In this document: positions 12,275-29,639 of the stretch, piece after piece
Position numbering within the stretch: position 1 is the first letter of the stretch
Layout: the number at the start of each line of letters is the position of its first letter
Assembly: GCF_009914755.1 (NCBI RefSeq)
Contig: NC_060925.1
Source of the DNA: the human T2T-CHM13v2.0 reference genome, Homo sapiens
Length of the DNA: 64,000 nucleotides
Strand: one strand, 5' to 3'
Made by a program: the position numbers and the translations under genes
The notes under the pieces: generated by a model
What the model saw: only the letters and a program-made list of their open reading frames with translations
What the model was told of the DNA's origin: nothing
The model's database searches: none

Positions 12275-14254
12275 ATGTTATATATAAATATATATAACAT
12301 AATATTTATCATTTAACCACTTATAAGTGTACAATTCAGGGAAATTAAATTTCTTTACTTCTTAATGGTGAATTCCATGAGTCTACCACACTCATGATGG
12401 CTAGCTTATATGGCCTGTGGGAGAGATTAACAAGAGGACACAAGTGAGATCCCTGGAAGCCTCCAACCTTTCCATCTTCCTCTCCAGGTTCCTTAACAGT
12501 TCACTCACTTTTCAATTCAAGGGACTTTTGCTATGGAAGGTTACCTGCCAAAGGCTGTGCCAGGTTGGGTGGGAGACACAATGCTGCAGACCATCTTCCT
12601 GTCCTCCAACAGCTCCTCTTCAGCTGGAGAAGAGAGCCAGACCAAAAAACTAATTATCAAACAAAATGCAACAAAAATAAATGAAAATTTTAAAAATCTA
12701 CCAAAATGTACAAGTACTAAGAGATGGAAGGAGGAGGAAAAATTAGGTCTAACTAGAAGAGATGGACAGATGAATAGAATTTCTAAAGGAGGAGAAGAGT
12801 GATCCTGGCAGAACATAGTAAAGAACAGTACCACATGTAGTAAGTGTGCAATAATTTATTGAATGAATAAATGAAATGCATGGCTGTATAAATGAATACA
12901 TGGATGAGAGCCAAACTGTAGCAAAGGGCAGGAACGGTGAGTGAACAAGGGAAATTTGATGTCTGATGTGTAATAGCTGGCTGTGGTCAGGATTTATGGT
13001 GGAATGGCCAGAGCTTATCCTGGTTCTTTTCTGCAAATTACAACTCAATTCTCAAACTATTACATGGTCCACATAACTAAGAGGATAGGATGGAGTTGTC
13101 AAATGACCTCACAAATGGAAAAATGGTGGGATAAGCAGAGAAGACTGACATCCTCCCTTCCATTCTCCTGTGCCATCTCTGCCATCAATCCTGAATTTCT
13201 AGGGGTCACTTCCCAATGATGAATATCACTTCCAGTGACACAGAAACATTTCAATCCTTTCAAGAGCTAATTATATCTCCATAAGTGACAACTGTGTTCT
13301 GTTATGATTATTAGATATAGAAATGGTCATAATGTTGCTCTTTGAGACACAAAAAACAGTGGAATATTTGCATCTTAAGGTATATTGGTGTATACATGCA
13401 TCTTAGTATCACACACTCCTATAGACACATACATGTATTCACACATATGCATTTGTAAAACATTCACATTGATACATGTATACACACATTTAAACTCCCT
13501 TTCTAAAAGAAAGATTCATAATTTTCTAAGATTACACTAAGTCTCTGTGTTTGCCAAACATGACAGCATGATAGGGAGGGAATTAAGGCCCTTGTGCTAT
13601 CATATCTCGCTGGGCAAGCACAAGGCAGGAGGTGTGCTAGAGGCTGCTCTTGCTGGGAACAGCCCAGCACGTAAAGTTAACCTTGAGATCAACACCGTCA
13701 GTGAGATGAGTTACAGGACTTCATGGCAGAGCATCACAGAAACTCAGGAACATATCAAAGCATTCGTCACTCTGGTGGCAGGAAATAAGATGAAAGAATT
13801 TAGAGAATTGCAATCACACATAATAGCGTTATCACTGGTGACTAGAATTTGAATTATGTGCACATAGACTTCTCCCCCAGTAGGTACTGCTCACAAGCAC
13901 TTAAGGAAAAGGGGGTTCTGGATAAAATCAATTAGAGACCAGTTACATGAAGTTGGGCAAATGCTATAGAGTATAAACAGTAGGACAGAGTGCAGCCAGG
14001 GTGGGTGAAATTCAATTGTGAGTAATAAGTGCAGTTTTGGCAGCATTGCTGGGGAATATTTTTTTCCCTTGGGGATGTGAGAGCTTAATACTGTCATTAT
14101 GATGGACATGCAATCACTGAGACTCCTGCATGGGACATTCTTTGTTTGCACTCCTCAGTATCTACCACGGCATGCTGTAGGTGTGAGGGGAACTGTATAG
14201 GTTGAGCCCTTTTACCAAGGGCAGAGATCAAGGCAGCCACAGCTGGAAATTCTC

Positions 14255-14460
14255 TCCATATTCCTTGAAGTTGGCAGACAATCAGAATCACCATAAAAAA
14301 TCTATGTTTAAAAAATCTATGTTTTTTAAAAACATGGATTCCTGGGCCCTATCACCCAGAATCTGATCTTGTAAGTCTGGACTGGAGCCCACAACCTTGT
14401 CTTTTTTAAAAAAAAAGTTCCATGGTGGTTCTGTAATCCAATAGGCTTGGGGACCACTGG
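14255..14460. mobile_element. MER5-family hAT DNA transposon
   Basis: 'atcagaatcacc...gattcctgggccc...agaatctgat...gtaagtctgg...ggaccactgg'; internal 15-bp tandem duplication of 'taaaaaatctatgtt'. Confidence 0.7.
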
Positions 14461-14477
14461 TTTCAAGTGATAGTGCT

Positions 14478-14516
<39 letters not shown>

Positions 14517-14806
14517 TTTTTGAGACGAAGTCTCCCTCTGTCACCCAGGCCAGAGTGCAGTGGTGCAATCTGGCTTACTGCAGCCTTGACCTCCTGGACT
14601 CAAGTGATCCTCCCACCTCAGTCTCCCAGGCAGCTAGGACTAAAGGCGCATGTCACCAAGCCCAGTTAATTTTTGTATTTTTTGTAGAGAGAAGGTTTTG
14701 CCATGTTGCCCAACCCTCCTGGCCTCAAGCGATCCTCCCATCTAGGCCTCCGAAAGTGCTGGGATTACAGGCATGAGCCACATTACAGGCATGACCACAC
14801 GTGGTC
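14478..14806 (-). mobile_element. AluJ-like with (TTTA)n tail STR (14478-14520)
   Basis: Reverse Alu; tail is about 10 TTTA units; duplicated 'attacaggcatga' near its 5' end. Confidence 0.95.
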
Positions 14807-16494
14807 AAAGTGTATTTTTGCCAATGAGTAGTAAAAATGGAAGAGAAGTAAAAAAGGAGGGAATGAGATTTGAGAGCCCCATAGTATCTGTCAGGGCCTC
14901 TAACCCTCTTCTCTTCTGCCTAGAGGTCCATGGCCCTGAGGTTTTCTTCTGGATGATGAGAGGGGAAGCCTGGCAGCTTAGAGAGCTATGGACTGCTTCA
15001 TACTGCAGAAGAAGAACCAAGAATGGGCCATGCTTAAGCTGATTAAGATGATTCCCTTCTCTATGTGGTTTGTCTCCAGGCAAAAATAAGGACTTTAGAT
15101 CTGAGTGAATCTAAATAACTCAAGTCTAGTTCAAATTAGTGTTTCTCCCTCTGTGAGTAAGGAAGGATGTCTTTCCCTCCTATCCCTCCTACTCTCTCTT
15201 GAGAGTCTTGGCCCTAGTATTTAGAGCTTTATAGATAAATACCAAGTTATAAAGTTTAGCAAAGACACAGACCAACAGTCAGCAACATTTTTTTAACCTT
15301 AAGGAAAAAAAATACATAAAACCATTATTCTAAACTGCCAACGCCAACTCTGTAAGATTTTTTATTGAGTATATTTTAATGAGATTATAAACAGGGAGGC
15401 TCTCTGTTTTTGTAGCAAGTAACCAGCCATTAGTTTGAACGGCCACCTGGGTACCATTGCTTTCTATCTTCTAAACACTGTGCCATCATTAAGGATATTC
15501 TGCACAAGATGACATTGCTGAGGGGTAACCTGGTTACCATGCACACATGGCTCACAGGGCTGCTGAGTGGTTTAGAGAAGTCTTGGAAGGTGCTACCCTT
15601 GTGACTCCCAAGCACCACTCCTGTCCCTGACTTCAAATGAGGTATATAATAGATTTCAAAGACTTATTTTAAAATGCCCCCAGTTCAATAATTATTTTTT
15701 AAAAAATCATATTTGATAACTCAAATGGTTACCAAATATTTAAAAGAACTAGAATCGATTACCTCATGGAAAGAATGTTCAACTCTGCATATAGAATTTC
15801 TTTTAGTCATTCTAGGGAGAGTGATGAAAAAGCAGTAAATTATTATTGCACTCAGTTTTTAGTGGATGAATCTGGAAGCAATATTACCAGGATCAGTGTA
15901 ACTCTGTATGTTAAGTCATACCATCATGCTCTTTGCTGTTGCATAATTTAGCAGAAAATGGTATGAAGTTTAACAAACAAACAAGGTGCATTTAAAAATA
16001 AATATTGCTAAAATGTAGCTATAAACTTAGAAAATCAGTGGATACTATCAAATGATAGCATAAAGTCCCAATCCCATTTCCAAACATCTTTATCGGTACC
16101 CAGAGATTTTCTGGATGGGGAATAGAGCTAGTTTCTAGTGATGCAATTAAGTGTGAAAAATGGTCTTGTACTCAGTTGCTTACTTGTTTGAAAAACAGAT
16201 CTTGAACATGAAAAAAATGAACAATAAATCACAGAATTTTCACCCAATCTATTTCTTCTTAGGTTATGTTGATTCTGGCAAAAAGTTGAAAGGCAGAAAT
16301 GGGAAAAAAAAAAAAAACCATCAAGCCAGGGCTGGAAACACAATTCAGACAGTTTAAGTGGGTTTTCAGAGAAAAAATTCAAAGGAAGGGAGAACTAATT
16401 TACTTTACTGTTAAGTGTTTAGAGAGCTTTACTTATAGTAATTTCTTATGCTGAGTATCAGAGTTTTTAAACTTTTAAATAGAATTTAAATTGA

Positions 16495-16640
16495 AATAGC
16501 TACAATTTCCTGACAGATTACAATGTGCCAAACACTTTACATACCTTATTTTGCATCCTTACCTCAGTCTTCATTGCAGAGATTATTGTTATAATTTTAC
16601 AAATGATAAAATGGGGACTTGAACAGGTTAGATCACATAG
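16495..16640 (-). mobile_element. MIR, interrupted by MLT1
   Basis: 'atgtgccaaacactttacata...attttacaaatgataaaatggggac..aggtta..gatcacatag'. Confidence 0.6.
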
Positions 16641-16995
16641 TGTAGTAGATTATATTACTGTTCACCCTATTTGCCCCTCTTTGTGTGAATCCAGGCATGG
16701 TCATAGCACTGACTTTGGCCAATGAAATGTGAGCAGAAATGATGTGTGTTACTTCTGGACAGAAGTTTTAAGAGCCAATGCATGGTTGGCTATGCCTTCT
16801 GTCTGCTGTGAAATCAGCAATGTTCCAGATGGAGGCAACTTGGGTCCTGGAGTGAATACTGTGTGGAGTAAAGCCGCATTCAGCCCATGACAGACATAAA
16901 GCATGAAAGAGAAACAAAACTAGGATGTGGTAAGCCACTGATACTCCGAGATTGTTTGTTTCTATAACAAAATCTAGCCAATCCTGTCTAGTACA
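16641..16995 (+). mobile_element. MaLR solo LTR (MLT1I-like)
   Basis: TG...CA ends; 'ttggccaatgaaatgtgagcagaa..' core; near-TSD catag/cacag. Confidence 0.75.
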
Positions 16996-17112
16996 CACAG
17001 TTTAAGTGACAAAACCTAAGTTTCTTTGATTTCTAAGCCTTGGGCACAGAAGAAAGATAGTGGCATAGAGTAGGCACTCCATAAACATATGTTGAAGGAA
17101 GGAATGTATGGT

Positions 17113-17250
17113 GGTTGCCCAGCATTGAACACAATACTTCAGATGTGATCCGATCCACATAAGAGTTATTAGGAGTACAAACACTCTTTTTACACTGAAC
17201 ATCTGTTAATGAAGGCTTAGAGTGCATTAGCTTTTTTGTCAACTGTACTT
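17113..17250 (-). mobile_element. L3/CR1 fragment
   Basis: 'gttgcccagcattgaacacaatacttcagatgtg' resembles the reverse CR1 ORF2 motif; the minus strand translates to LKYCVQCWA. Confidence 0.55.
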
Positions 17251-17479
17251 ATTTCTTTAACAAAAAAATTATTGTCTACCTAACATGTACAAGGCACAGA
17301 GTGAGGTGTCATGGCTGATACAAAAACAAAACATAAAAATGATTGTCTTCCAGCTGTTCATAATTTCATGAGTGAGAGTCGCACATTCACAACCAGCTGT
17401 GTCACAAGGCAATGAATAGAGTTGGACAGTGTGTTTTGTTGACTGTAGATTGAGTATGGAACGAGGCAGTCATGAGTTT

Positions 17480-17830
17480 CAGTCATTCATTCCACAAAAA
17501 CACATTGAGCATCAACAATGAGTTGAGTGCTATGTTCACTCCTGCAGATACAGGTTAAAAAAAAAAAATACAGTCCCGGTCTCAAAGGTCTCACAAGCTA
17601 GTGTGAGAGACAGATTAGTTAATAGGGAATTATAATAGAGCATGATAAGAGCTGTAATAAAGTTAAGCTCAGGAAGCTATGGATATAAGGAGGAAGAATA
17701 TCAGCCTGGAAGGGTCAATGAAGGCATTCTGGAGGAAGTGAGTCATAAATTGATTCCTAAAAGATGAATGAGTGTTTGCACATGAAGAAGGAGAGGGAAT
17801 GTACTGGTGTAGAGAAAAAGAAGTACATTC
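17480..17830 (-). mobile_element. L2 fragment
   Basis: 'cattcattccac...attgagc...aaggcattctggaggaagtg...aagatgaatgag'. Confidence 0.65.
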
Positions 17831-18200
<370 letters not shown>

Positions 18201-18223
18201 CTAGGAGACAGCAAGTAATACAC

Positions 18224-18569
18224 TGTCTTAGTCAGCGTGGGCTTCCCTAATAAAATATTATGTACTGAGTAGCTTAGAACAGAAATTTACTTCTTCACAG
18301 TTATGAGGGCTGGAAGTCTTACATTAGAGTGCCAGCATGGTCAGGGTCTGTTGAGGGTTCTCTTCCTGGCTTGCAGATGGCTGCCTTCTTGCTGTGTCCT
18401 CACATGGCAGAGAAAGATTTCTTCCTCTTTTTATAAGGCCACCAACACTATCAGCCCCACTCTTATTACCTCATTTAACTATAATTATGGCCTAAAAATA
18501 CAGTCACATTAGGGGTTTAGGGCTTCAACATATGAATTTGGGAAAGGCAAAAATATTCAACCCATAACA
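18224..18569 (-). mobile_element. MaLR solo LTR (MLT1A-like)
   Basis: 'tgtcttagtc...cacagttatgagggctggaagtc...gggcttcaacatatgaatttgggg...attcaacccataaca'. Confidence 0.8.
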
Positions 18570-18576
18570 TATACTA

Positions 18577-18939
<363 letters not shown>

Positions 18940-19070
18940 TCAGAAAAATTAAGAAGGAAATAGAATAAACAAGGTCTTTGGTGATCAAATGACTTGGTAT
19001 GTTAGAAGTCAAAGATGATCTCAGAAAGTTGGGTACCAGTGACTGGGAAAGTGGAATATGGTATGGTAAA

Positions 19071-19417
19071 TGTGGAAAAACTCAAACTGCATTTTCCTCT
19101 GCTCTCACACAACAATCACAATCACTGGGTGTCCTCCAATTCAATTCCAACACTATCAACCTGGAGATAGCATTACGACACTATCAACCTGGAGGTAGCA
19201 TTAGATCCCACAGGTTAAGGGCTCAGTCCCCAGTACATCCTGCCACACCCACCAGACAACAGTCACAAGTCCAGGGCTCTGGAACTTCTGATTGACTGGC
19301 TCAAGTTGAGGTTTCCACTACCCTCTTTGAGTTTGATTAATTTGCTGGAGTGGCTCCCAGAACTCAAGTAAACACTTTCGTTTACTGGTTTATTATAAAG
19401 GATATTACAAAGAATAC
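19071..19417 (-). mobile_element. MER21-like LTR, left part
   Basis: 'agatcccacaggttaagggctcagtccc...gtttattataaaggatattacaaag'; continues at 25908; internal 28-bp tandem duplication at ~19150-19205. Confidence 0.75.
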
Positions 19418-19711
19418 TGATATGGTTTGGCTCTGTGGCCCCACCCAAATCTCATCTGGAATTGTAATCCCCACATATTGAGGGAGGGAGATGATTGGAT
19501 TATGGGGGCGGTTTCCCCCATTGTGTTCTCATGATAGTGAGTAACTTCTCAGAGATCTGATGGTTTTATAAGGCAGTTTTCCCTGCTCTTGCTAGCTCTG
19601 TCTTTCCTGCTATGAAGAAGTTCTTTGCTTCCCCTTTCCCTTCCACCATGATTGTAAGTTTCCTGAGGCCTCCTCAGCCATCTGGAACTGTGAGTCAATT
19701 AAACCTCTTTT
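19418..19711 (+). mobile_element. THE1D-like MaLR LTR, 5' part
   Basis: Starts 'tgatatggtttggctctgt..ccacccaaatctcatc' and reaches 'gtgagtcaattaaacctctttt', where the L1 interrupts it. Confidence 0.9.
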
Positions 19712-20046
19712 ACTATTATTATTATTATTATTATTATACTTTAAGTTCTAGGATACATGTGCACAACTTGCAGGTTTGTTACATAGGTATACATGTGCAA
19801 TGTTGGTTTGCTGCACCCATTAACTCGTCATTTACATTAGGTATTTCTCCTAATGCTATCCCCCCCAGCTCCCCACCCCACAACAGGCCCTGGTGTGTGA
19901 TGTTCCCCACCCTGTGTCCATGTGTTCTCATTGTTCAACTCCCACTTATGCGTGAGAACATGCGATGTTTGGTTTTCTGTCCTTGTGATAGTTTGCTGAG
20001 AATGATGGTTCTCAGCTTCATCCATGTCCCTGCAAAGGACATGAAC

Positions 20047-23708
<3,662 letters not shown>

Positions 23709-23771
23709 TATGATGCTAGCTGGTTATTTCACCTGTTAATTGATATAGTTTCTTTATAGTGTCGATGGTCT

Positions 23772-24797
23772 TTACAATTTGGCATGTTTTTGCAGTGGCT
23801 GGTACCAGTTGTTCCTTTCCATGTTTAGTGCTTCCTTCAGGGGCTCTTGTAAGGCAGGCCTGGTGATGACAAAATCTGTCAGCATTTGCTTGTCTGTAAA
23901 GGATTTTCTTTCTCCTTCACTTATGAAGCTTAGTTTGGCTGGACATGAAATTCTGGGATGAAAATTCTTTTCTTTAAGAATGTTGAATATTGGCCCCCAC
24001 TCTCTTCTGACTTGTAGGGTTTCTGTCAAGAGATCCACTGTTAGTCTGATGGGCTTCCCTTTGTGGGTAACCCAACCCTTCTCTCCGGCTTCCCTTAATA
24101 TTTTTTCGTTCATTTCAACCTTGGTGAATCTGACAATTTTGTGTCTTGGGGTTGCTCTTCTTGAGGAGTATCTTTGTGGTGTTCTCCGTATTTCCCGAAT
24201 TTGAATTTTGGCCTGCCTTGCTAGGTTGGGGAAGTTCTCCTGGATAATATCCTGAAGAGTGTTTTCTGACTTGGTTCCATTCTCCCTGTCACTTTCAGAT
24301 ACACCATTCAAACGTAGATTTGGTCTTTTCACATAGTCCCATATTTCTTGGAGGCTTTGTTTGTTTCTTTTCACTCTTTTTTCTCTAATCTTGTCTTCTC
24401 TCTCTATTTCATTAATTTTATCTTCAATCACTGATGTCCTTTCTTCCACTTAATCAAATTGGCTACTGAAGCCTGTGTATGCTTCACGAAGTTCTCGTAC
24501 TGTGGTTTTCAGCTCCATCACGTCATTTAAGCTCTTCTCTGCACTGGTTATTCTAGTTAGCCATTCGTCTAACCTTTTTTCAAGGTTTTTAGCTTCCTTG
24601 CGATGAGTTAGAATGTGGTCCTTTAGCTCGGAGAAGTTTGTTATTACTGACCTTCTGAAGCCTACTTCCGTCAACTTGTCAAACTCATTCTCTGTCCATT
24701 TTTGTTCCCTTGCTGGCAAGGAGTTGTGTTCCTTTGGAGGAGAAGAGGCATTCTGGTTTTTGGAATTTTCAGCCTTTCTGCTCTGATTTCTCTCCAT
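23772..24797 (-). pseudogene. L1 ORF1p with a single premature TAA (24450-24452)
   Basis: MERNQSRKAENSK... (115 aa) and the adjoining same-frame 225-aa segment ending LQKHAKL are separated by one stop codon. Confidence 0.93.
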
Positions 24798-25838
24798 CTT
24801 TTGGTTTTACCTACCTTTGGTCTTTGATGTTGGTGACCTACGGATGAGGTTTTGGTGTGGATGTCCTTTTTGTTGATGTTGATGCTGTTCCTTTCTGTTT
24901 GTTAGTTTTCCTTCTAACAGACAGGCCCCTCAGCTGCAGGTCTCTTGGAGTTTGCTGGAGGTCCGCTCCAGACCGTGTTTGCCTGGGTATCACCAGCAGA
25001 GGCTGCAGAGCAGCAAATATTGCTGCCTGATCTTTCCTCTAGAAGCTTTGTCTCAGCGGGGCATCTGCCTGTATGAGGTGTCTGTTGGTCCCTACTGGGA
25101 GGTGTCTCCCAATCAGGCTACACGGGGGTCTGGGACCCACTTGAGGAGGCAGTCTGTCTGTTATTGGACCTTGAACGCCATGCTGGGAAAACCACTGCTC
25201 TCTTCAGAGCTGTCAGGCAGAGATGTTTAAGTCTGCAGAAGCTGTCTGCTGCATTTTGTTCAGATATGCCCTGCCCCAAGAGGTGGAATCTAGAGAGGCA
25301 GTAGGCCTTGCTGAGCTGTGGTGGGCTCCGCCCAGTTTGAGCTTCCCTGCCGCTTTGTTTACACTGTGAGCATAGAACCGCCTACTCAAGCCTCAGCAAT
25401 GGCAGATTCCTCTCCCCCCATCAAGGTCCAGTGTCCCAGGTTGATCTCAGACTGCTGCGCTGGCAGCGAGCAAGGCTCCGTGGGCATGGGACCCACTGAG
25501 CCAGGCACGGGAGGGAATCTCCTGGTCTGCCGGTTGCAAAGACCATGGGAAAAGCACAGTAATTGGCCAGAAGTGTACCGTTCCTTCAGGTACAGTCCAC
25601 TCACTGCTTCCCTTGGCTATGAAAGGGAAATCCCCCGACCCTTTGCACTTCCTGGGTGAGGTGACACCCTGTCCTGCTTCAGCTCACCCTCCATGGGCTG
25701 CACCCACTGTCCAACCAGTCCCAGTGAGATGAACCAGGTATCTCAGTAGGAAATGCAGAAATCACTCGTCTTCTGCGTCAATCTCACTGGGAGCTGTAGA
25801 CCAGAGCTGTTCCTATTTGACCGTCTTGGAAGTGACCC
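24798..25838 (-). promoter_or_regulatory. L1 5'UTR internal promoter region, decayed
   Basis: 5' end reads GGGTCACTTCCAAGACGGTCAAATAGGAACAGCTC; the YY1 site (normally CAAGATGGCC) is mutated and many CpGs are lost. Confidence 0.7.
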
Positions 25839-25907
25839 ACCTCTTTTCTTTATAAATTACACACTCTCAAGCAGTTGTTTATAGCAATGTGAGAACAGAT
25901 GAATACA
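25839..25907 (+). mobile_element. THE1D-like LTR, 3' remnant
   Basis: 'ctcttttctttataaattac...tttatagcaatgtgagaacagatgaataca'; LTR TSD aatac (19413-19417) / gatac (25908-25912). Confidence 0.88.
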
Positions 25908-26342
25908 GATACAGATGAAGCTGTGCATAGCGGGGGAGGTGTGCAGGAAAGGGTGCACAACTTCCATGCCCTCCATGGGTGTGCCACCCTCCAGGAATTT
26001 CCGTGTTCAGCTATCTGGAAGCTTCCAAACTTAGTCCTCCAGGGATTTTATGAAGGCTTCATTACATAGGCATGATTTATTAAACCACTGGCCACTGGTG
26101 ATTGACTTTATCTTCAGCCCCTCTCCCCTCTCCCAGTTAGAAGGTTAGGCTGAATGTCCCAATCCTCTAATCATGGCTTGGTCTTTCTGGTGACCAGCCT
26201 CCAACCAGAAGCTACCTAGGGACTGCCAGCCATTGACTAATCATTACTGTGCAAAAAGATGTCATTGTAGAGTTTCTAAGGATTTTAGGAGTTGTATGAC
26301 AGGAAATAGGCTGAAGACCAAATATATGTTTCACATATCACA
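25908..26342 (-). mobile_element. MER21-like LTR, right part
   Basis: 'gatacagatgaag...gccaccctccaggaa...gaccaaatatatgtttcacatatcaca'. Confidence 0.75.
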
Positions 26343-26465
26343 GGTGCTGTTCAATAAAGGAGAAGGATTTGGGCAGAGTGTGGAATGGATAATATTAATC
26401 ATTTAATTTGGAACATATTGAGTTGTGGGTATTGGTCAGACATGCAGCCAAAAGAGTCAGCAATT

Positions 26466-26801
26466 ATATATACATACATGTGCACACACACACACACACG
26501 CGCATATATTTACAATATAAATATATATATATGTATATATTTTTTTAGACAGAATCTTGCTTTGTTGCCCAGGCTGGAGTGCCATTGTGGCCCACTCTAG
26601 CCTCCATCTCCCAGGCTCAAGTGAAGTAGCTGGGACTACAGGCACACGCCATAGCACCTGGCTAACTTTTTAAATTTATTTTTTGTAGAGACACTGTCTT
26701 GCTGTGTTGAGCAGGCTTATCTCGCACTCCTGGGCTCAAGTGAGCTCCACCTAGGCCTCCCAAAGTACTGGGATTACAGGTGTGAGCTACCACACCTGGC
26801 C
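26466..26801 (-). mobile_element. AluJ-like whose tail became a TA/CA compound microsatellite
   Basis: Reverse Alu at 26541-26801; (C)AGCAATT flanks both the microsatellite and the Alu 5' end. Confidence 0.92.
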
Positions 26802-27300
26802 AGCAATTGGATATATTACTTTAGAACTTTGGAGCAAAATTTGGCCCCCAGACTTAGAGATGATAGGTGTATTTGTTGTTCACACTAGTGACCACTGGCA
26901 GTGAATAAGAACACCTAGATGAGATGAGCAGAGGGCTAAATGGCAAGATCATTAAATGAGAAGATGAGAGGAGGGAAAAGCATGGAACCCTGGAAAATAC
27001 TAACGTTCAAGAGATAAGTGGAGGGGAGAAAATAATATTATCCTGGAAGGCAAGAAATGAAGAGTTTTGAGAAGAAAACAGACAACAGTGTCAAATGCCC
27101 TTGAGGGCAAATAAGGCAAAGTCTGAAAATTCAATTATTTTGAGAAATTAAGAATTTATTGCTAACTGTGGCAAAAGCAGCTTCCATAGACAGAGTGAGA
27201 CTGAAAGATATTGGAGTGAATTAAGGTGAGAAAAGAGGTGAGAAAGGTAAAATGACAAATGTAGACCCCTCCTTTCGGTTCAAGAAGAAGGTTTGAAATT
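26802..27300 (-). mobile_element. L2 fragments
   Basis: 'ggaaccctggaaaatactaacgttcaag...caacagtgtcaaatgcc...aaagcagcttcca' resembles reverse L2 ORF2. Confidence 0.55.
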
Positions 27301-27916
27301 GTATTACTAGGGGAAAGGGAGAACATGTTGACTAGGGCCAACTAGAAGGATTGGAGTTAAGGCTGGAAATCTTAAAAGAACAGTGATAACAATTTGTGTC
27401 TGGTCTACCTTCATCAGCATCAGGTATAGGTTAGAGAAGGTGGGTAGCCGGGTTCACCAGGATTGGGATTTTGCCAAGTGGGTATATAGAAGAATGAGGA
27501 AGAATGGAATTGAGAGTGTTAAGCAAGAGAAAGATTGAAAGGATAGGGCTTTGTTTTTAGGCTGCCTAGAGAAGGAAATAAAAACTAGAGGAAGCTGAGA
27601 AATTGGGGTGAAGTAGAAGAATCAAGGGGCTTAGTGACTTTGATGCAATTAAAAGCACACATTGATAAGAAGATTGTACTCAGACATTGTACAATTTAAA
27701 TTGTAGTTTAAGATTTCAGAAATGGAGCGATTCTAATTGATGACAAGATCTAGGATGTAATTTAGAGTGTAGGCTAGAAAAAACTAGATATCGGGAAAAG
27801 ATTAATGATCTGTGAATCTTGGATACTTCCGTGTGCTTATATGTTGATGCGATGAATCCATTGGAGAAGGAGAATGTATCAGTCAGCAGGAAACATGAAA
27901 TACTTACTCTAATTCT

Positions 27917-28040
27917 AATGTGGAATTCTAACTCCACACAATGTGGAATCTTCTAATTCCACACAATGTGGAATCTTCTAATTCCACACAATGTGGAATC
28001 TTCTAATTCCACACAATGTGGAATCTTCTAATTCCACATT
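27917..28040. repeat. 25-bp minisatellite (TTCTAATTCCACACAATGTGGAATC), ~4.5 copies
   Basis: Copies start at 27926, 27951, 27976 and 28001, with a partial copy at 28026; each contains an inverted repeat. Confidence 0.95.
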
Positions 28041-28044
28041 GGGG

Positions 28045-29010
28045 TATTTGAGGTAGGAACTACTTACAACAGTGCAGTTACAATATAGAGAACCAACAGG
28101 ATTGTAGAGAACCCTGAGGCAAGAAACAGTGGAACAATTACCTTAGATTTGAAAGGATGAGGGGAAGGAGCAATTACCAGAACCTGGAAGAAGGCTGTCT
28201 TGAGAGGACAATGACTTTGGTCAAAAGAAACAGCCAATCCAGGAAGACTTTTCTGGGAAGAAGGCAGAGGAATAAATATAGTAGTTCCCCTTATCCATGG
28301 TTTCTCTTTCCAAGGTTTCAGTTACCCATGGTCAACCACAGTCTGAGAATATTAAATGAAAAAATTCCAAAAATAAACAATTCATAAGTTTTAAATTGTG
28401 CACTATGCCAAGTAGCACAATGAAATCTTGCTCCATCCGGCCTGGGACGTGAATCATCCCATTGTCCGGCATATCCACGCTATTTATGCTCCCTGCCTGC
28501 TAGTCACTTAGTAGCTCTCTCAGTTAGCAGATCGACTGTTGAGGTGGTATGGCAGTGCTTGTGTTCAAGTCACTCTTATTTCACTTAATAATGGCACCAA
28601 AGCACAAGAGTAGTGATGCTGGCATATTTTTATAATTGTTCTATTTTATTATTAGTTATTGTTGTTAAACTCTTACTGTGCCTAATTTATAAGTTAAAAG
28701 TTATAGGTAAGTACGCACAGGAAAAACATAGTATATATAGGGTTTAATGCTATCTTTGCTTTCAGGCATCCACTAGGGGTCTTGGAACATATCCCCTCAA
28801 TCAGGGGGGACTACTGTACTCTTATCTCATGCTCTTCTTTCTCTCAAGTACCTTGCTGGGGCTTCCCCATAGCCAAACCCCACCAGAAAGTAGAGGGCAA
28901 AGAAGTCTATTGATACAGTTTATATAGACTTTGGCCTCCCCCAACACAGAGCTGGGTAGAGAAGGATGCAAAGTTGCTCTGGAGAGGCAAACAGAGAGCC
29001 ATCCAGCCTA
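28045..29010 (-). mobile_element. LTR33-like ERVL LTR, interrupted by MER44
   Basis: 'gaggggaaggagcaattaccagaacctgg' and 'gccaaacccaccagaa..gagggcaa...ggagaggcaaacagagagccatccagc'. Confidence 0.55.
28279..28816. mobile_element. MER44B-like TcMar-Tigger DNA transposon
   Basis: TIRs 'tagtagttccccttatcc' and 'ggggggactactg'; TA target duplication on both sides. Confidence 0.85.
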
Positions 29011-29639
29011 GTGAGATTAGAGACACAAGCTAGAGCAGGGCAAACTGATAATGCATATTTCTGACAAATTGGAAGAGATTGAGATTCAAGTCTCAAATAG
29101 TTGAATGGAACTTAAATAGGAACCATAACTTTGTTATTCTGAGAAGAGAGAAGTAGTAGAAAATGGGTTATATTTGCAGACAGCTTTTTATGGATTTCAT
29201 TTTGTCTGTGAAGACATCTATTGAGACATAATGCAGGGAGGATGAGAATGGTGAAAGTTTCGGCCAGGTCTGATTTGTGTGACCATCCCTGGAGGAAGAG
29301 GATGCAGTGGAGAGGGAAGTCTTGTAACTGACAGTCTTTCCAGTGTCAAAGGGGTGAGTGAGAGGAAGTTTTCCCAAGCAAAATAGGGGTGTAGAGAAGA
29401 CAGTAGCTGCAGATACCCATCACAGAGCTGAAACAACATGTTGAGCCTGGCAGCAGCATGTGACAGCTCATTTGTTTTCTCAGAAAGACTGCTTTATATG
29501 ACAATACTCGTGGTATGTACATGTTCCAATTAGTTCTTTAAAAGTCTCAGTACTTTTTGTCACACATATTATTCAATTCTTAATATTTTATGTAATGGCT
29601 AATGAGCGTTAAAAAGCAGCATTCTAGTGATGCTTCCAA

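Noticed and set aside
27917-28040. Palindromic direct repeats resembling a CRISPR array
   Set aside because: The units are head-to-tail with no unique spacers, no cas genes are present, and the context is primate genomic DNA.
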